This document shows, one piece after another, positions 50,785-62,765 of a stretch of DNA of 64,000 nucleotides. Source of the DNA: an uncultured Acidobacteriota bacterium (GTDB taxonomy: Bacteria; Acidobacteriota; UBA6911). The notes under the pieces are model-generated. The model saw nothing but the letters and a program-made list of their open reading frames with translations, did no database searches and was not told the origin of the DNA. Where the stretch lies: assembly GCA_963843575.1 (NCBI GenBank), contig CAWJKZ010000013.1:32001-96000 (forward strand), given 5' to 3'. Position numbers and translations under genes: made by a program. How positions within the stretch are numbered: the first letter of the stretch is position 1; each line of letters begins with the position of its first letter.

Positions 50785-51795
50785 ATGAAAAGCATGCGTT
50801 TGCTGATCTGCCTGACACTGTGCGCCGCTCTCTGCGCGGCTTTGCCGCTCGAGGCCGCGGTAAAGACCGAACAGAAGAGCCAGATGAAATTCGAGGGGAT
50901 GATGGGCCGCATGATGGGTCTCTTCGGCGGCAAGGCCATGAAGGAGGGGGTCGTCAACACCGTCGCGGTCAAGGGGAACCGCAAGGCGACCTTCAGCGAC
51001 AACGGCGGCGAGATCATCGACCTGGATGAAGAAAAGGTCTACACGATCGACGCCAAGAAGAAGACCTACGACGTGACCACCTTCGCCGAGATGAAGCGCC
51101 GGATGGAGGAGGCCAGGGAGAAGGCCGAGAAGCAGGCGCGCCAGGAGGCGGGCAAGAAGGAAGCGGAGCCGTCGCAACAGCAGCAAGAACAGAAGATGGA
51201 AATCGACGTTTCGCTCAAGGAATCCGGACAGAAACGAACCATCAACGGCTTCGACTGCCGCGAGGTCGTCATGACCGTCACGGCGCGCGAGAAGGGAAAG
51301 ACGCTCGAGCAGGCCGGCGGAATGGTCCTTACCTCGAACATGTGGCTGGCCCCACGCATCGAGGCCATGAAGGAGGCGGAGGAATTCGACTGCCGTTACG
51401 CGCAGAAGCTGGGCGAGATCGTCGGCGTTCCGTCGGGGGAACAGGCCACCGCCGCGCTGGCGATGTACCCGGGGTTCAAGGACATGATGGGCAAGATGCA
51501 GACCGAAAAGGTCAACATGGACGGCACGGCGATCCTGACCGTGATGACCATGGAGGCGGTCAAGAGCCCCGAGCAGATGTCCCAGCAGCAGCGCGAGAGC
51601 GAGTCGTCGGATACGCCCGCCCGCGGCATCGGCGGGCTGATCGGCCGCAGAATCATGCGGAAAAAGGAGGAGAGTCCCTCACAGGCTCCCAACCGCGCGA
51701 CGATCATGACCATGAACAGCGAACTGCTCAAGGTCACGCCCGACGTGACCGCCGCCGACCTGGCCATACCTGCGGGCTTCCGCGAAACAAAGTGA
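50785..51795 (+). CDS. secreted hypothetical protein (DUF4412-like, Met-rich)
   Basis: GGAGG RBS, signal peptide, IIDLDEEKVY, GQKRTINGFDC, C-terminal IPAGF. Confidence 0.7.
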   Translation: MKSMRLLICLTLCAALCAALPLEAAVKTEQKSQMKFEGMMGRMMGLFGGKAMKEGVVNTVAVKGNRKATFSDNGGEIIDLDEEKVYTIDAKKKTYDVTTFAEMKRRMEEAREKAEKQARQEAGKKEAEPSQQQQEQKMEIDVSLKESGQKRTINGFDCREVVMTVTAREKGKTLEQAGGMVLTSNMWLAPRIEAMKEAEEFDCRYAQKLGEIVGVPSGEQATAALAMYPGFKDMMGKMQTEKVNMDGTAILTVMTMEAVKSPEQMSQQQRESESSDTPARGIGGLIGRRIMRKKEESPSQAPNRATIMTMNSELLKVTPDVTAADLAIPAGFRETK

Positions 51796-51800
51796 CCGGC

Positions 51801-52033
51801 GAAGTGGGCCGCGTCGGCCCGACGCGGCCCCAGTCTTCCTCCTGTAAACCGCCCGGATATTGCGGACGAAAAGCAGCGGTACACCTTCGTCGGTTCGCCG
51901 CGGAAGCTTTGGTTCGCACAAACGGCAGACTCTTGCCTTGTGGGCAGGTGGACTCGTCCTTCAGCTCGTCGCACGTGAAAGTTGTGTCAGCCGGTACGTC
52001 TGTGGCCCGCGTCGGCCCGACGCGGCCCACTTC
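51801..52033. repeat. inverted pair of GTGG-tagged REP palindromes (REPIN/MITE-like, 17-bp perfect TIR)
   Basis: GAAGTGGGCCGCGTCGG starting at 51801 and CCGACGCGGCCCACTTC ending at 52033; each end is itself a hairpin. Confidence 0.75.
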
Positions 52034-52125
52034 AATCCGGACCCACGTGGCTCGAAGAATACGCAGAAACACCACAATCCTGAGCGGCCGCCGTGCTAGA
52101 TTCAACCCCCGAGGAGGAGGCAAGC

Positions 52126-53016
52126 ATGACGGCGACACTGATCAGGGGCGCCGCAATTGCGGCGTCGATCCGGGAAGAACTCAAGCGCGAGGTCGACAGC
52201 CTTAAACAGAAGCACGGTGTCACGCCGGGCCTGGTGACGGTGCTGGTGGGGCACAATCCGGCGTCCGAGAGCTATGTTCGGGCGAAGCAAAAGACCGCGC
52301 ACGAGCTCGAGTTTCACTCGATCCAGGAGGACCGGCCCCAGGACATGACCCAGGAAAGCCTCCTGGAGCTCGTGCGGAGCTACAATGCCGATCCTGCGAT
52401 TCACGGCATTCTCGTCCAGCTGCCGCTCCCTCCCCACATCAACGAGACACGGGTGTTGTATGCCCTGGACCCCCGCAAGGACGTCGACGCGTTCCACCCC
52501 GTGAACGTCGGCAAGCTCGTGATCGGCGAAGCCGACTACCTCCCGTGCACGCCGGCCGGCATCCAGCAGCTCCTCGTCCGCTCCGGTGTCAAAGTGGAAG
52601 GCGCGGAGGTCGTGGTCGTCGGGCGTTCGAACATCGTGGGGAAGCCGATCGCGAACATCCTGATGCAGAAAGCGAAGGGGGCCAACGCCACCGTAACCGT
52701 GTGCCACACCCGCACGCGCGACATCGCGTCACACTGCCGCCGCGCCGACATCCTGATCGTCGCCGCAGGGGTACCGGAGTACGTGCGCGGGGAGATGATC
52801 AAGCCCGGCGCCGTGGTGATCGACGTGGGGGTGAACGAGGTGGGAAAAACCGCCGAGGGGAAACGCATCCTCAAGGGGGACGTGGCGTTCGAAGAAGCCG
52901 TCCAGGTTGCCGGGGCCATCACGCCCGTGCCCGGCGGCGTAGGCCCGATGACGATCACCATGCTCATGCGCAACACCGTCAGGGCCTGCAAGGTCTGGAA
53001 CGGGATCGCCGACTAG
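52126..53016 (+). CDS. folD: bifunctional methylene-THF dehydrogenase/cyclohydrolase
   Basis: HGILVQLPLP, KDVDAFHP, PCTPAG, GRSNIVGKP, TPVPGGVGPMT. Confidence 0.97.
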   Translation: MTATLIRGAAIAASIREELKREVDSLKQKHGVTPGLVTVLVGHNPASESYVRAKQKTAHELEFHSIQEDRPQDMTQESLLELVRSYNADPAIHGILVQLPLPPHINETRVLYALDPRKDVDAFHPVNVGKLVIGEADYLPCTPAGIQQLLVRSGVKVEGAEVVVVGRSNIVGKPIANILMQKAKGANATVTVCHTRTRDIASHCRRADILIVAAGVPEYVRGEMIKPGAVVIDVGVNEVGKTAEGKRILKGDVAFEEAVQVAGAITPVPGGVGPMTITMLMRNTVRACKVWNGIAD

Positions 53017-53036
53017 CCGTTTCCGCAAAAATAACC

Positions 53037-53067
53037 AGTGGGTCCGGGCGTTCAGCCCGGACCCACT
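53037..53067. repeat. REP-like palindrome between convergent genes (possible bidirectional terminator)
   Basis: AGTGGGTCCGGGC-GTTCA-GCCCGGACCCACT, perfect 13-bp stem; same family at 56458-56564. Confidence 0.75.
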
Positions 53068-53086
53068 TGCTAGGTTGAGACACCCG

Positions 53087-54907
53087 TTACGCGTAGCGTC
53101 CGTAGACGGGGCCGAAGGTCCGGCAGGCGCGCATGTCCGCGGCGGCCAGGTCGCCGGTCCCGAATGCGGTCCAGGCGCTGGGCCGGAATATGCGCTCCTC
53201 GGCGACGTTGTGCATGTACACGGGGATACGGAGTATCGACGCCAGCGTAATCAGGTCCGCCCCGACGTGGCCGTAGCACAGGGCTCCGTGATTGGCGCCC
53301 CAGTTGTTCATCACCGAATACACGTCGCGGAAAGCGGAGCTCCCGTTCAGGATCGGCGCAAACCACGTCGTCGGCCAGCTGGGGTCGGTCCGCTCGTTGA
53401 GCACGCGGTGCACCCTGGCCGGGATATCGACGGAATACCCTTCGGCGATCTGCAGGGCCGGCCCGAGGCCCTTGATCATGTTGAGGCGGGTCATGGTGAG
53501 CGGGATGCCGCCACGAGTCTTGAAGCACGTCGACCAGCCGCCGCCGCGCATGTATTCGGTCACCGCCGGCCGAAACCGCGTCGCCTCCAGGCAACGCCGC
53601 ACGTCGGCAGCCGTGATTTCCCAGAACGGCTTGAGCAAAGGGTTCCCTCCTGCCTCCTCCCCTCCCGAACCGTCGAGGGCGGCGGCTCCCGAGTTGATCA
53701 GGTGGAGCATTCCTCCCTCCGCGGCCCCCGACAGCTTGTGCTGGGTGACGCGGCGGACCGCGGCGGGGCTCCAGAACGTGCGGACGTCGGCGAAGATCTG
53801 GGCCGTGTGGGTCAGGAGGTTCCCCATCAGCATGCACACGCCGTTGAGGCTGTCGTTCTCGGTGGCGACGACGTAGGGGGCGCGGATCCCGTTCCAGTCA
53901 AAGGAGCTGTTGAGGATCGTCTCCAGGAAGTCGCCGTTCGGGTAGTAGTCCGTCCACTGCCGCTGTCCCTGGAACCCGGCGGCGATGGCGTTGTGGCCGA
54001 GCGCCTCCTCGCCGTGACCGAGGTCGTGTAGCAGGGGGTTTCCGATCATGAGATCGCGTGCGATGAGCGCCATCTTCACCGAGGTTTCCCATTCCATGTC
54101 GAGGTGCTCGCGACTGCGGCGGCTCTTGGGCGGGTTGTTGTCCTCCCCCTCTTTGCAGTTGGCGCGGACCCACTCGAGGGCGCGCTGGTACTCGCCGGTG
54201 TCGTAGATGCCGGAGCCGGTGCGCCGGGCGAACTCGGTCAGGTCTATGCTGACGACGCGCATCCCGAGATAGCTCTCGAAAAGCGACTGATCCACGATGG
54301 AACCGGCGATCCCCATCGAGACTCCGCCCATCGAGAGGTAAGTCTTGCCCCGCATGATCGTGGCGGCCAGCGCGCCACGCGCAAACCGGAGGAGCTTGTC
54401 CTTTACGTCTTCGGGGATCGAACGGTCCCCGGCGTCCTGCACGTCGCGGCCGTAGATACCGAACGCGGGCAGCCCTTTCTGGTTGTGCGCCGCCAGCACG
54501 GCGGCCAGGTACACGGCGCCGGGGCGTTCGGTGCCGTTGAAGCCCCAGACCGCCTTGGGCGAGAGCGGGTCCATGTCCATCGTCTCGGAACCGTAGCACC
54601 AGCAGGGCGTGACGGTGAGTGACACGGTGGCCCCCTCGCGGGCGAACTTGTCGGCCGCCATGGCCGCCTCGGCCGCCCCGCCGATGCAGGTATCGGAGAT
54701 GACGCACTCGATCGGCTGGCCGTTCGGGTAGCGCACGTGGGCGGAGAGCAGGGCGGCGACGGAGCGTGCCATTTCCATCGTCTGTCCCTCGAGCGACTCC
54801 CGCACGCCGTGGCGCCGCCCGTCGATGATCGGACGGATGCCGATCTTGGGCAGACGTCCGATCCACCGGTTGACCTGCGCATCCACTGTGGATTCCCTGC
54901 TAGCCAT
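53087..54907 (-). CDS. fucI: L-fucose isomerase
   Basis: [47 protein letters not shown]. Confidence 0.97.
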   Translation of the reverse strand: MASRESTVDAQVNRWIGRLPKIGIRPIIDGRRHGVRESLEGQTMEMARSVAALLSAHVRYPNGQPIECVISDTCIGGAAEAAMAADKFAREGATVSLTVTPCWCYGSETMDMDPLSPKAVWGFNGTERPGAVYLAAVLAAHNQKGLPAFGIYGRDVQDAGDRSIPEDVKDKLLRFARGALAATIMRGKTYLSMGGVSMGIAGSIVDQSLFESYLGMRVVSIDLTEFARRTGSGIYDTGEYQRALEWVRANCKEGEDNNPPKSRRSREHLDMEWETSVKMALIARDLMIGNPLLHDLGHGEEALGHNAIAAGFQGQRQWTDYYPNGDFLETILNSSFDWNGIRAPYVVATENDSLNGVCMLMGNLLTHTAQIFADVRTFWSPAAVRRVTQHKLSGAAEGGMLHLINSGAAALDGSGGEEAGGNPLLKPFWEITAADVRRCLEATRFRPAVTEYMRGGGWSTCFKTRGGIPLTMTRLNMIKGLGPALQIAEGYSVDIPARVHRVLNERTDPSWPTTWFAPILNGSSAFRDVYSVMNNWGANHGALCYGHVGADLITLASILRIPVYMHNVAEERIFRPSAWTAFGTGDLAAADMRACRTFGPVYGRYA

Positions 54908-56420
54908 GGTGTGTCTTCTCCTCTTCTCGCAACGATGGTTGACACGCGGAACGTATCCGCGTGAAATCGCCGAATCGCTGTTCCCAAACCTGCACGTCGC
55001 CCGGCTCGTATGTGACCGTCTCGAAGGAACGCCGTATCAAGTCGCGCCCTTCTTCGCGTGACGCGATGGAGCCGGTGCCCGCCATCTGCATCAGGATGTT
55101 ACCAGCCGATGTCGCTTCCACCGGTCCGGTCACGACCGGGCGGTTGAGCGCGTTGGCGGTGAACTGGTTCAACAGCCTGTTGCGCGACCCCCCTCCGACG
55201 ATGTGGAGCACGTCCAGGCGATACCCGAGCAAATCCTCCAGCTGCTCCAGAACGAGGCGGTATTTGAATGCCAGGCTCTCCAGGGCGGTCCGCACCAAGG
55301 CCCCTTTGCCCGCTGGCGGCTCCTGCCCGGTGCGCCGGCAGAATTCCTGGATGCGGGCAGGCATGTCCCCCGGGGGCGCGAATTCCGGAGCATCGGGATC
55401 GATCGCGGCCGCAAACGAAGGGGCCGCCGCAGCAAGCGCGGTCAGGTCGTTGTAGCTCGTGTCGTCGCCCTTGGACGCCCAGGTGCGCTTGCACTCCTGG
55501 ACGAGCCAGAGCCCGCTGATGTTCTTCAGCAGCCTGACGGTGTCGAAAACCCCGATTTCATTAGTAAAACCGGCGGCGAGGGTTCTCGAGTCGATGACCG
55601 GATCCCGTAATTCCACCCCCATAAGCGACCAGGTCCCGGAGCTGAGATAGGCGTGCCGGGCACCCCGCGCAGGGACGGCCGCGACGCCCGAAGCCGTGTC
55701 GTGGCAGCCCGGCGCCACGACCTGGATCGGCCCCGCGCCGGTTTCCTCGGCGACTTCGGGCAGCAGCGGCCCGAGCGCGGTCCCCGGGTCCACGATCTCG
55801 CCGAAGATGCGGTCCGGCAACTCCAGGGCACCGATCACCCGGCGGGACCACTTCTTCTTTCTCGGGTCGTAGAGCTGGCTTGTGCTTGCGATCGTCCTCT
55901 CGTTGACGCCGGCGCCGCACAGCCAGGAATTCAGCAGGTCGGGGATGAACAGCAACCGGCTGGCGATCGAGAGCGCCGGCGCGCCAGCCACCACCTCCGA
56001 GAGCAGCTGATATATGGTGTTGAAGAACATGAACTGGATGCCGGTCTCGGCATAGATGTCCGCCTTCGGCAGCCTGCGGAAAGCCTCGTCCATCATTCCG
56101 TCGGTCCGGCGGTCACGGTAGTGAACGGGTTGGCCGAGCAGGCAGCCGCCGGCGTCGACCAATCCATAATCCACACCCCAGGTGTCGACCCCGACGCTCA
56201 CGACGCCGGATCCGTAAGCCCGGGCGGCCAGCGCGATGCCCCGCTTGATCTCCGAATACAGGTAAAGGACATCCCAGTACAGGCTGCCGCGCAGCCGCAC
56301 GGGAACGTTGGCAAAACGGTGGACCTCCTCGATGCGCAGCCGCGCGCCGTCAAAGCGGCCGGCCATCACACGGCCGCTCTCGGCCCCCAGGTCCACGGCC
56401 AGGTAGACCTTTTCCCTCAT
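54900..56420 (-). CDS. rhaB: rhamnulokinase/L-fuculokinase (FGGY family)
   Basis: [39 protein letters not shown]; adjacent to fucI. Confidence 0.88.
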   Translation of the reverse strand: MREKVYLAVDLGAESGRVMAGRFDGARLRIEEVHRFANVPVRLRGSLYWDVLYLYSEIKRGIALAARAYGSGVVSVGVDTWGVDYGLVDAGGCLLGQPVHYRDRRTDGMMDEAFRRLPKADIYAETGIQFMFFNTIYQLLSEVVAGAPALSIASRLLFIPDLLNSWLCGAGVNERTIASTSQLYDPRKKKWSRRVIGALELPDRIFGEIVDPGTALGPLLPEVAEETGAGPIQVVAPGCHDTASGVAAVPARGARHAYLSSGTWSLMGVELRDPVIDSRTLAAGFTNEIGVFDTVRLLKNISGLWLVQECKRTWASKGDDTSYNDLTALAAAAPSFAAAIDPDAPEFAPPGDMPARIQEFCRRTGQEPPAGKGALVRTALESLAFKYRLVLEQLEDLLGYRLDVLHIVGGGSRNRLLNQFTANALNRPVVTGPVEATSAGNILMQMAGTGSIASREEGRDLIRRSFETVTYEPGDVQVWEQRFGDFTRIRSACQPSLREEEKTHHG

Positions 56421-56457
56421 GATTGAACGAGTATCCAACAGAGACACCCGCAGAGCA

Positions 56458-56564
56458 AGTGGGTCCGGGCTTGCAGCCCGGACGCCGTTTGCGGTCGCTA
56501 TCGAATGCGACTGTCGTCAAATAGGGCAGATCAAAAGACGTCCGGGCTGAAGCCCGGACCCACT
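56458..56564. repeat. inverted doublet of REP-like palindromes
   Basis: AGTGGGTCCGGGCTTGCAGCCCGGAC (56458-56483) and GTCCGGGCTGAAGCCCGGACCCACT (56540-56564). Confidence 0.75.
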
Positions 56565-56569
56565 CGGGG

Positions 56570-57274
56570 TCAGATCTGGTAGAACCAGGAGTCTTCCGGC
56601 GACGAGCCTGGCTGCGAGTCCGCGCCGCCGGTCCGCTTCTCCAGCCGTTCGATGCGCTCGGCCAGCCTGCGGAGGGCTCGGGCGGTCATGTCGGGCAATG
56701 CGCCGTGTTCCAGGTCGACCGCGTGGGCGTGACCGTGGTCGACGTAGACCACTTTCTCCCCGGCGCGGTGCGTCACGCGGCCGGGGACGCCGACGACGAC
56801 CGAGTCGGGCGGAACGTCCTTGACCACGACCGCGTTGGCTCCGATGCGTGTGCCCGACCCGATCGTGATCGGCCCCAGGATCTTGGCTCCGGCACCCACG
56901 ACGACGTCGTCCTGGAGCGTGGGGTGGCGCTTCCCCTTGTTCCAGCTGGTGCCGCCGAGCGTGACCCCGTGGTACAGGGTCACGTTGGCACCCACCTCGG
57001 CAGTCTCGCCGATGACGACGCCCATACCGTGATCGATGAAGAAACCGGGGCCGATGCGGGCCCCGGGATGGATTTCGATGCCGGTAAGGTGGCGGCCGAC
57101 GTGCGACACCACTCGTCCCAGCCAGAACAGGCCGTGCGTCCAGAACCAGTGAGCCATGCGGTAGAACCAGAGCGCGTGGAGCCCCGGGTAGGCCGCGACG
57201 ATCTCGTACCAGCTGCGCGCAGCCGGGTCGCGATCGAAGACGGCCCTTATGTCGCTCCGCACTGTTCTGAACAT
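56570..57274 (-). CDS. cysE: serine O-acetyltransferase
   Basis: [34 protein letters not shown]. Confidence 0.96.
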   Translation of the reverse strand: MFRTVRSDIRAVFDRDPAARSWYEIVAAYPGLHALWFYRMAHWFWTHGLFWLGRVVSHVGRHLTGIEIHPGARIGPGFFIDHGMGVVIGETAEVGANVTLYHGVTLGGTSWNKGKRHPTLQDDVVVGAGAKILGPITIGSGTRIGANAVVVKDVPPDSVVVGVPGRVTHRAGEKVVYVDHGHAHAVDLEHGALPDMTARALRRLAERIERLEKRTGGADSQPGSSPEDSWFYQI

Positions 57275-57289
57275 CTGCGCCTCGCCCTG

Positions 57290-58222
57290 TCAGTCCGCCA
57301 GGTGCTGGAAAAGGGCTGTCGAGAGATAACGCTCGCCGAACGACGGGATGATCACCACGATCAGCTTGTCCCGGCTTTCGGGGCGCTGGGCCACGTGCAT
57401 CGCGGCCCAGGTCGCCGCACCAGACGAAATCCCGACCAGGAGCCCCTCTTCCTTGGCCATGCGGCGCGCGATGGCGAAGGCGTCGTCGGGCTGCACCTGC
57501 ACGACTTCGTCGATCAACGCCGTGTTGAGCACCTTGGGTATGAATCCCGCCCCGATCCCCTGGATAGGGTGCGGCCCCGCGGGCCCTCCCGAAAGGACCG
57601 CCGAGGTCGTCGGCTCGACCGCGACGCAACGGAACGACGGCTTGCGCGCCTTGATCACCTCGCCGACCCCCGTCAACGTGCCGCCGGTGCCCACGCCTGA
57701 GATGAGGATATCTGCCGTACTGTCCGTGTCCCGCCAGATCTCCTCCGCGGTGGTGCGCCGGTGGACCTCCGGGTTGGCCGGGTTCTCGAACTGGTTGAGC
57801 ATGACGTAACGCGAGTCACCCGCCGCCAGTTCCTCCGCCCGCCGTATGGCCCCCTTCATACCCTCGCTGCCGCGGGTCAGGATGAGATCGGCACCGTAGG
57901 CGCGCAGCAGCATGCGGCGCTCCCGGCTCATGGTTTCCGGCATCGTAAGTACCAGTCGGTAGCCTCTCTCGGCCGCAACGAAGGCCAGCGCGATCCCAGT
58001 GTTGCCGCTGGTCGATTCTATCAGGATCGTGTCGCTTTTGATCTTTCCATCCCGTTCGGCAGCCTCGACCATCGCCAGGCCAATGCGGTCTTTTACGCTC
58101 TTGGCAGGATTGTAGTACTCGAGCTTGGCGACGACCCGGCCCGGCATACCCTGCGTGAGGCGGTTTAACTGGACCAGCGGGGTATTACCCACCAGCTCGG
58201 TCACATCCCGAAAGATTCTCAT
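57290..58222 (-). CDS. cysK: cysteine synthase A
   Basis: [43 protein letters not shown]. Confidence 0.96.
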   Translation of the reverse strand: MRIFRDVTELVGNTPLVQLNRLTQGMPGRVVAKLEYYNPAKSVKDRIGLAMVEAAERDGKIKSDTILIESTSGNTGIALAFVAAERGYRLVLTMPETMSRERRMLLRAYGADLILTRGSEGMKGAIRRAEELAAGDSRYVMLNQFENPANPEVHRRTTAEEIWRDTDSTADILISGVGTGGTLTGVGEVIKARKPSFRCVAVEPTTSAVLSGGPAGPHPIQGIGAGFIPKVLNTALIDEVVQVQPDDAFAIARRMAKEEGLLVGISSGAATWAAMHVAQRPESRDKLIVVIIPSFGERYLSTALFQHLAD

Positions 58223-58326
58223 CTGTTCTCTGCCCCTTTCTGTCACCCGAAAACTCACTCGAATCGTCAGATCTATAGCACACGGGGTCAGTCATTTGAA
58301 GGGTGCGATCGCGCCGGGTGTGCGCG

Positions 58327-58933
58327 TCAGGCGGATTCGGAGACGAACCGGAGTGTGCGGTGCTTGTCCAGCGTGTCGCTCCCGAGAACCTTGCTCAGAT
58401 ACACCTTGGACTCGTCGTTGTCCGAGGGATTGCGCTTGAAACCGACCACGTTGAAACCCAGGTCGGCCAGTGTGGCTCGCATTGTGTGGAACTTGTTCTT
58501 CGTCTTGACGGCCAACTCCTGGTATCCGTGCTCGACGGCCCACACTTCCTGCTGCTCGGTGAGCGCGCGATAGTGACCCGCGCCGCGCCAGGGGCCCCGC
58601 GTCCCGCCGATCCAGCTGTAGAAGATCCTGCGTCCGCCGAATTCGAGTGCCGTCTCGGAACTCGGCGACAAGTTCCTGAAGCTGCGGGTCGTTCTCCTGC
58701 GCGCTCAGCGCGTGTCCCACCTTGAATGCCACCGGGATGAGCCGGTCGTCGTCGTCGTCGGGGATGGGCGCGAGCGACAGCAGGATCAGATGCTCCCGGG
58801 CGTTCAGGCGGCGGATGATTTCGTCGGCCGTCTTCTTCTTTCTGAACTCGTGAAAGTAGTCCTCGATGTACTGGACTTCGAGCGCCCCTTGCTCCAGCCT
58901 GTACTGACGAATGATGTGCCCCGTTTGCGCCAT
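58327..58933 (-). CDS. GNAT-family acetyltransferase-like protein (frameshift near 58655)
   Basis: N-part ...PVAFKVGH; C-part YSWIGGTRGPWRGAGH...VKTKNKF in another frame. Confidence 0.6.
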
Positions 58934-59012
58934 GCCCGCAGCTTAATGCATCGACGGGGTTTGTGTCCAAGCCGTTGTGCGAGACGCGGCGTTCGCATAC
59001 ACTCGTCGCCCT

Positions 59013-59813
59013 ATGATTCCGCACGATTACCACATGCACACCAAGTACTCGATCGACTCCAAAGCCTCGATGTCCGAAATGTGCCGCGCCGCCGTCGACG
59101 TCGGGATCGCGGAGATCGGTTTTGCCGAACATTTCGACCTTTACCCGGAAGACGAGGCCCCGGACTGGTTCAGGCTGGAGCCCTGGGCGTCCGATCTCGA
59201 GAGCTGCCGGACGGAATTTGGCGGCCGGCTGACGGTGCGTGCCGGCATCGAGGTGGGCGAGCCCCACCTCTTCCGGCAGGGAACGCGGGAGATGCTGGAG
59301 CGCTACCCGTTCGATCTGGTTCTCGGGTCGCTCCATTGGTTCGGCGGGCTGCATGCATTCCGGCGCGACGTCTTCGCGCGCCCGGCGGAACAGGTGTTCA
59401 AGCTCTACTTCGAGGAACTCAGGGAAATGACCGCGCAGGGCGGCTTCGACATCCTGGCCCACCTCGACGTCCCGGCGCGGGTGGCCAGCGGGGTTTACGG
59501 CGGATACGACCCGCTCCCGTACGAGGGCCTCATCCGTCCCGTCCTGGCCGAGTGCATATCCGGCGGGATCGCCCTCGAAGTGAACACGGCAGCGCTCAGA
59601 AGAGAGGCGCGCATTCTGAACCCAGGGCTGACGGTCGTGCGCTGGTATGCTGAAATGGGCGGCACCCTCGTGACCCTGGGCTCCGATGCGCACCGACCCG
59701 ACCACGTGGGGGCCGGCCTGCAGACCGCGTTACACGTCCTGAGCGACGCCGGCTTCCGCCAACTCACGCATTTCGAGAGACGCCAGCACCGGCAGATGCC
59801 CTTCTCCCTTTAA
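59013..59813 (+). CDS. histidinol-phosphatase, HisJ/PHP family
   Basis: DYHMHTKYS, FAEH, LGSLH, LEVNT, TLGSDAH. Confidence 0.85.
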   Translation: MIPHDYHMHTKYSIDSKASMSEMCRAAVDVGIAEIGFAEHFDLYPEDEAPDWFRLEPWASDLESCRTEFGGRLTVRAGIEVGEPHLFRQGTREMLERYPFDLVLGSLHWFGGLHAFRRDVFARPAEQVFKLYFEELREMTAQGGFDILAHLDVPARVASGVYGGYDPLPYEGLIRPVLAECISGGIALEVNTAALRREARILNPGLTVVRWYAEMGGTLVTLGSDAHRPDHVGAGLQTALHVLSDAGFRQLTHFERRQHRQMPFSL

Positions 59814-59845
59814 TACTCACGGGGAGCTTCGGGGAGAGACACGGA

Positions 59846-61253
59846 TCACTTCGCCTCAAAGCGAGTCCAGGGGTGGGATTTTAGATCGCGCAGGACCGGC
59901 TTGATCCAGTCGAACTCCGGGTGGCGCGCCAGGTGCCTGGCCGCGTCGAAATCGATGCCGCACGAGTGCCCCATCGACGCGGTGAACGACATGCGCGCCG
60001 CCAGCACGGCATCGGTCACCTTCGCCTGGACAGCACCCGCCACACCGAAGGGCGGCTGCCACCCCTTCATCCCGCGCGGGGACAGTTCCACGTGCCCGCA
60101 CAGCGTCCGCTCGTTAGGGTCGTTCTTGCCCGTGAACGAATCGATATGGTCCGAGAGGAATCTCTGCCCCGCCTCGACATCGATCTTCCCCTTGTGCTCG
60201 GCCATCAACTGCCCCCACCGGACCTTCCGCGCGTTGGCACTCAGCGACATGTCCTTCGGGTCGAAGTCGGTCTCTTCCCGGATGAGTTTCTCGTTCACAG
60301 GGAAATTGGATCCGACAAAGTACCCATCCTTCTTGCGCAGCAGGTTCACGTTCTTCAGCCCGAGTTCCAGGCTGCCGATTTCGTTCGTGTTCCGGTCCGC
60401 CACGAGCCAGTTGTTGGCGTACCCGCCGTTGTTCCCCTCTTTCATCAGCCGGGCGAAGTCGTCGATGCTCGCCGCGTACTGCATCGCCCTGCGAGCGCGG
60501 ACGAATTCCGGGACGCCGTCGGGGTTCCAACCGGAAAAACCTGTGATGGTCGTCTCGGTGATCATGATCCCGGCCGCATTGACCCCGAAGTCGTCGGCGC
60601 TGTGAATCAGGCCCGGGAACCCGTCCATGAGGATCCGGTGGCCGGTCGCCGGCACGATGTCGAAGATGATGTTCCAGCGCTCCCCGTCCGCATAATAGGT
60701 CCAGGCGTTGTGGCCGATCACCGGCCTGCCGTCCCTGGTGTAGCTTCCGGTAGCCACGAAGGCACTGCAACGCTCCGCGACCGGGACGGGCTTGCGCGAG
60801 GCGGACTCCGGGTGCTGCTTCCCGTACCAGGTGGCATATCCGGGAAGTTCGAGCCAGGCGTTCATTGCAACCACGTCCCAGAGGTCCAGCTTGATCCCCT
60901 TCGCCTTCAAGCCTTCCGCGATTCCTGTCAGCTCGTCCCGGTACTCCGGGCTGACCCTGGGCCACAGCACCGTTTGGGCGGCGGCACGGAAGAACGGCCA
61001 ATCCCTGGAAGTGTCGTGCTTCAGCTCAACCTCAATCACCCTCTGCGCGTCGCCGATTTCACGGCGCCAGCAGGTACCCGTGCTGGAAACCGATTTCGGC
61101 AGGGCTCCCCTCCAGGTGAACGAACACCCACCCGTTCTGCGCGGGGTTGCGGTGCGCGGATTTCAGCCGCGCGTCCGTTGGCAGGTCGCGCGGTAACAGC
61201 GAGACGGCGGAAAGCGCCACCAGCACCGTGGCAGCCGAGAAGATGTGCCGCAT
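59846..61253 (-). CDS. secreted C45 peptidase / phospholipase B-like Ntn hydrolase (frameshift near 61050)
   Basis: Signal peptide and GFQHGYLLA in one frame; nucleophile CSAFVATG, GHN, ETTI, GYANNWL in the next. Confidence 0.8.
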
Positions 61254-61399
61254 GAGATAGCTCCAGGAAGAGAGAATTCACAGCGAACCGTTCCGTACGA
61301 GTGAATTTAGCTTTTTCGCGATCGCCGTTCCAGCGGTTTCGCAGACGGGGACGGAACATGTTATGCTGCTGCCGGAATCCCCATACCGGAGTTGCGAAA

Positions 61400-62710
61400 A
61401 TGACCGACACGAAAATCACCTTGTCCGAAAAGGACATCCCGACGCACTTCTACAACATCGTATCCGACCTGCCGACGCCGTTGCAGCCCCCGCTGCACCC
61501 CGGGACGCGGCAGCCGCTCGGCCCTGAGGCGCTTGCGCCGATTTTCCCGATGGGCCTCATCCGGCAGGAGGTTTCACAGGAGCGCTACATCGAAATCCCG
61601 GACGAGGTGCGTGACATCTATCGTCTCTACCGCCCCACCCCACTTTTCCGGGCGCGCGCGTTCGAGGAATACCTCGACACTCCGGCGCGGATCTACTACA
61701 AGTCCGAGCACGTCAGCCCGGTCGGGAGTCACAAGCTCAACACCGCCCTCATGCAGGCCTACATGAACAAAAAGGAGGGGGTGAAGCGGCTCGCCACCGA
61801 GACCGGCGCCGGGCAGTGGGGCAGCGCGCTCGCGTGCGCGTGCCGGTTGATGGAACTCGAGTGCATGGTGTACATGGTCCGGGTCAGCTACGACCAGAAG
61901 CCCTACCGGCGCATAATGATGAAAACGTACGGCGCCGACGTGGTCGCGAGCCCGTCGGAACTGACCGAAGCGGGGAGGGCCATCCTCGCCGAAGATCCCG
62001 CATCGCCCGGCAGTCTCGGGATCGCGATCTCGGAGGCGGTCGAAGACGCGGTCAAGAGGGACGACACGAAGTATGCCCTGGGCAGCGTCCTCAACCACGT
62101 GCTCCTGCACCAGACTGTGATCGGGCTGGAAACGAAGAAGCAGATGGAGCTCGCCGGGGACTACCCCGACATCCTGATCGGGTGCCACGGTGGCGGGAGC
62201 AATTTCGCCGGGCTGGCCTTTCCGTTTCTTCAGGACAAGCTCAAGGGCGACCGGAAGAACCTGCGCGCGATCGCCGTCGAGCCCAGCGCCTGCCCCAGCC
62301 TGACCGCCGGCAAACGAGAGTACGATTTCGGGGATGTCGCCGGCATGACGCCGCTGATGATGATGCACACCCTCGGCCACAAGTTCGTGCCCGCCCCGGT
62401 GCACGCGGGCGGCCTGCGCTACCACGGCTCGGCCCCGCTGGTCAGCCACCTCCTGTCCGAAAAAGTCATCGAGGCGGAAGCGTACCACCAGGGCGATATC
62501 TTCGAGAGTGCCATAAAGTTCGCCCGTTGCGAGGGGACGATCCCGGCTCCGGAGTCGGCGCATGCCGTGCACAGCGTCGTCGTGCACGCGCAGCGAGCCC
62601 GCGAATCCGGCGAGCGTAAGGTCATCGTCTTCAATCTCTCGGGACACGGCCACTTCGACCTCGCCTCCTACGAGTCTTTTCTCAACGGCACCATGAACCG
62701 GGAGGCGTAA
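61400..62710 (+). CDS. trpB2: TrpB-like PLP enzyme (tryptophan synthase beta chain 2)
   Basis: [47 protein letters not shown]. Confidence 0.93.
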   Translation: MTDTKITLSEKDIPTHFYNIVSDLPTPLQPPLHPGTRQPLGPEALAPIFPMGLIRQEVSQERYIEIPDEVRDIYRLYRPTPLFRARAFEEYLDTPARIYYKSEHVSPVGSHKLNTALMQAYMNKKEGVKRLATETGAGQWGSALACACRLMELECMVYMVRVSYDQKPYRRIMMKTYGADVVASPSELTEAGRAILAEDPASPGSLGIAISEAVEDAVKRDDTKYALGSVLNHVLLHQTVIGLETKKQMELAGDYPDILIGCHGGGSNFAGLAFPFLQDKLKGDRKNLRAIAVEPSACPSLTAGKREYDFGDVAGMTPLMMMHTLGHKFVPAPVHAGGLRYHGSAPLVSHLLSEKVIEAEAYHQGDIFESAIKFARCEGTIPAPESAHAVHSVVVHAQRARESGERKVIVFNLSGHGHFDLASYESFLNGTMNREA

Positions 62711-62739
62711 TTCGGGGGGACGGGGACGCCTCCTTTTTT
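62701..62739 (+). terminator. putative rho-independent terminator
   Basis: GGAGGCGT...ACGCCTCC followed by TTTTTT. Confidence 0.45.
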
Positions 62740-62765
62740 CCCGGCCGTTGCGGCGACACCCGTTT

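Noticed and set aside
52126-53016. folD as part of a Wood-Ljungdahl/MetFV-Hdr module
   Set aside because: It is separated by an unrelated gene and repeats, and there is no metFV, fhs or acs in the window.
51801-56564. CRISPR array
   Set aside because: The palindromes are dispersed or inverted, not regularly spaced direct repeats, and there are no cas genes.
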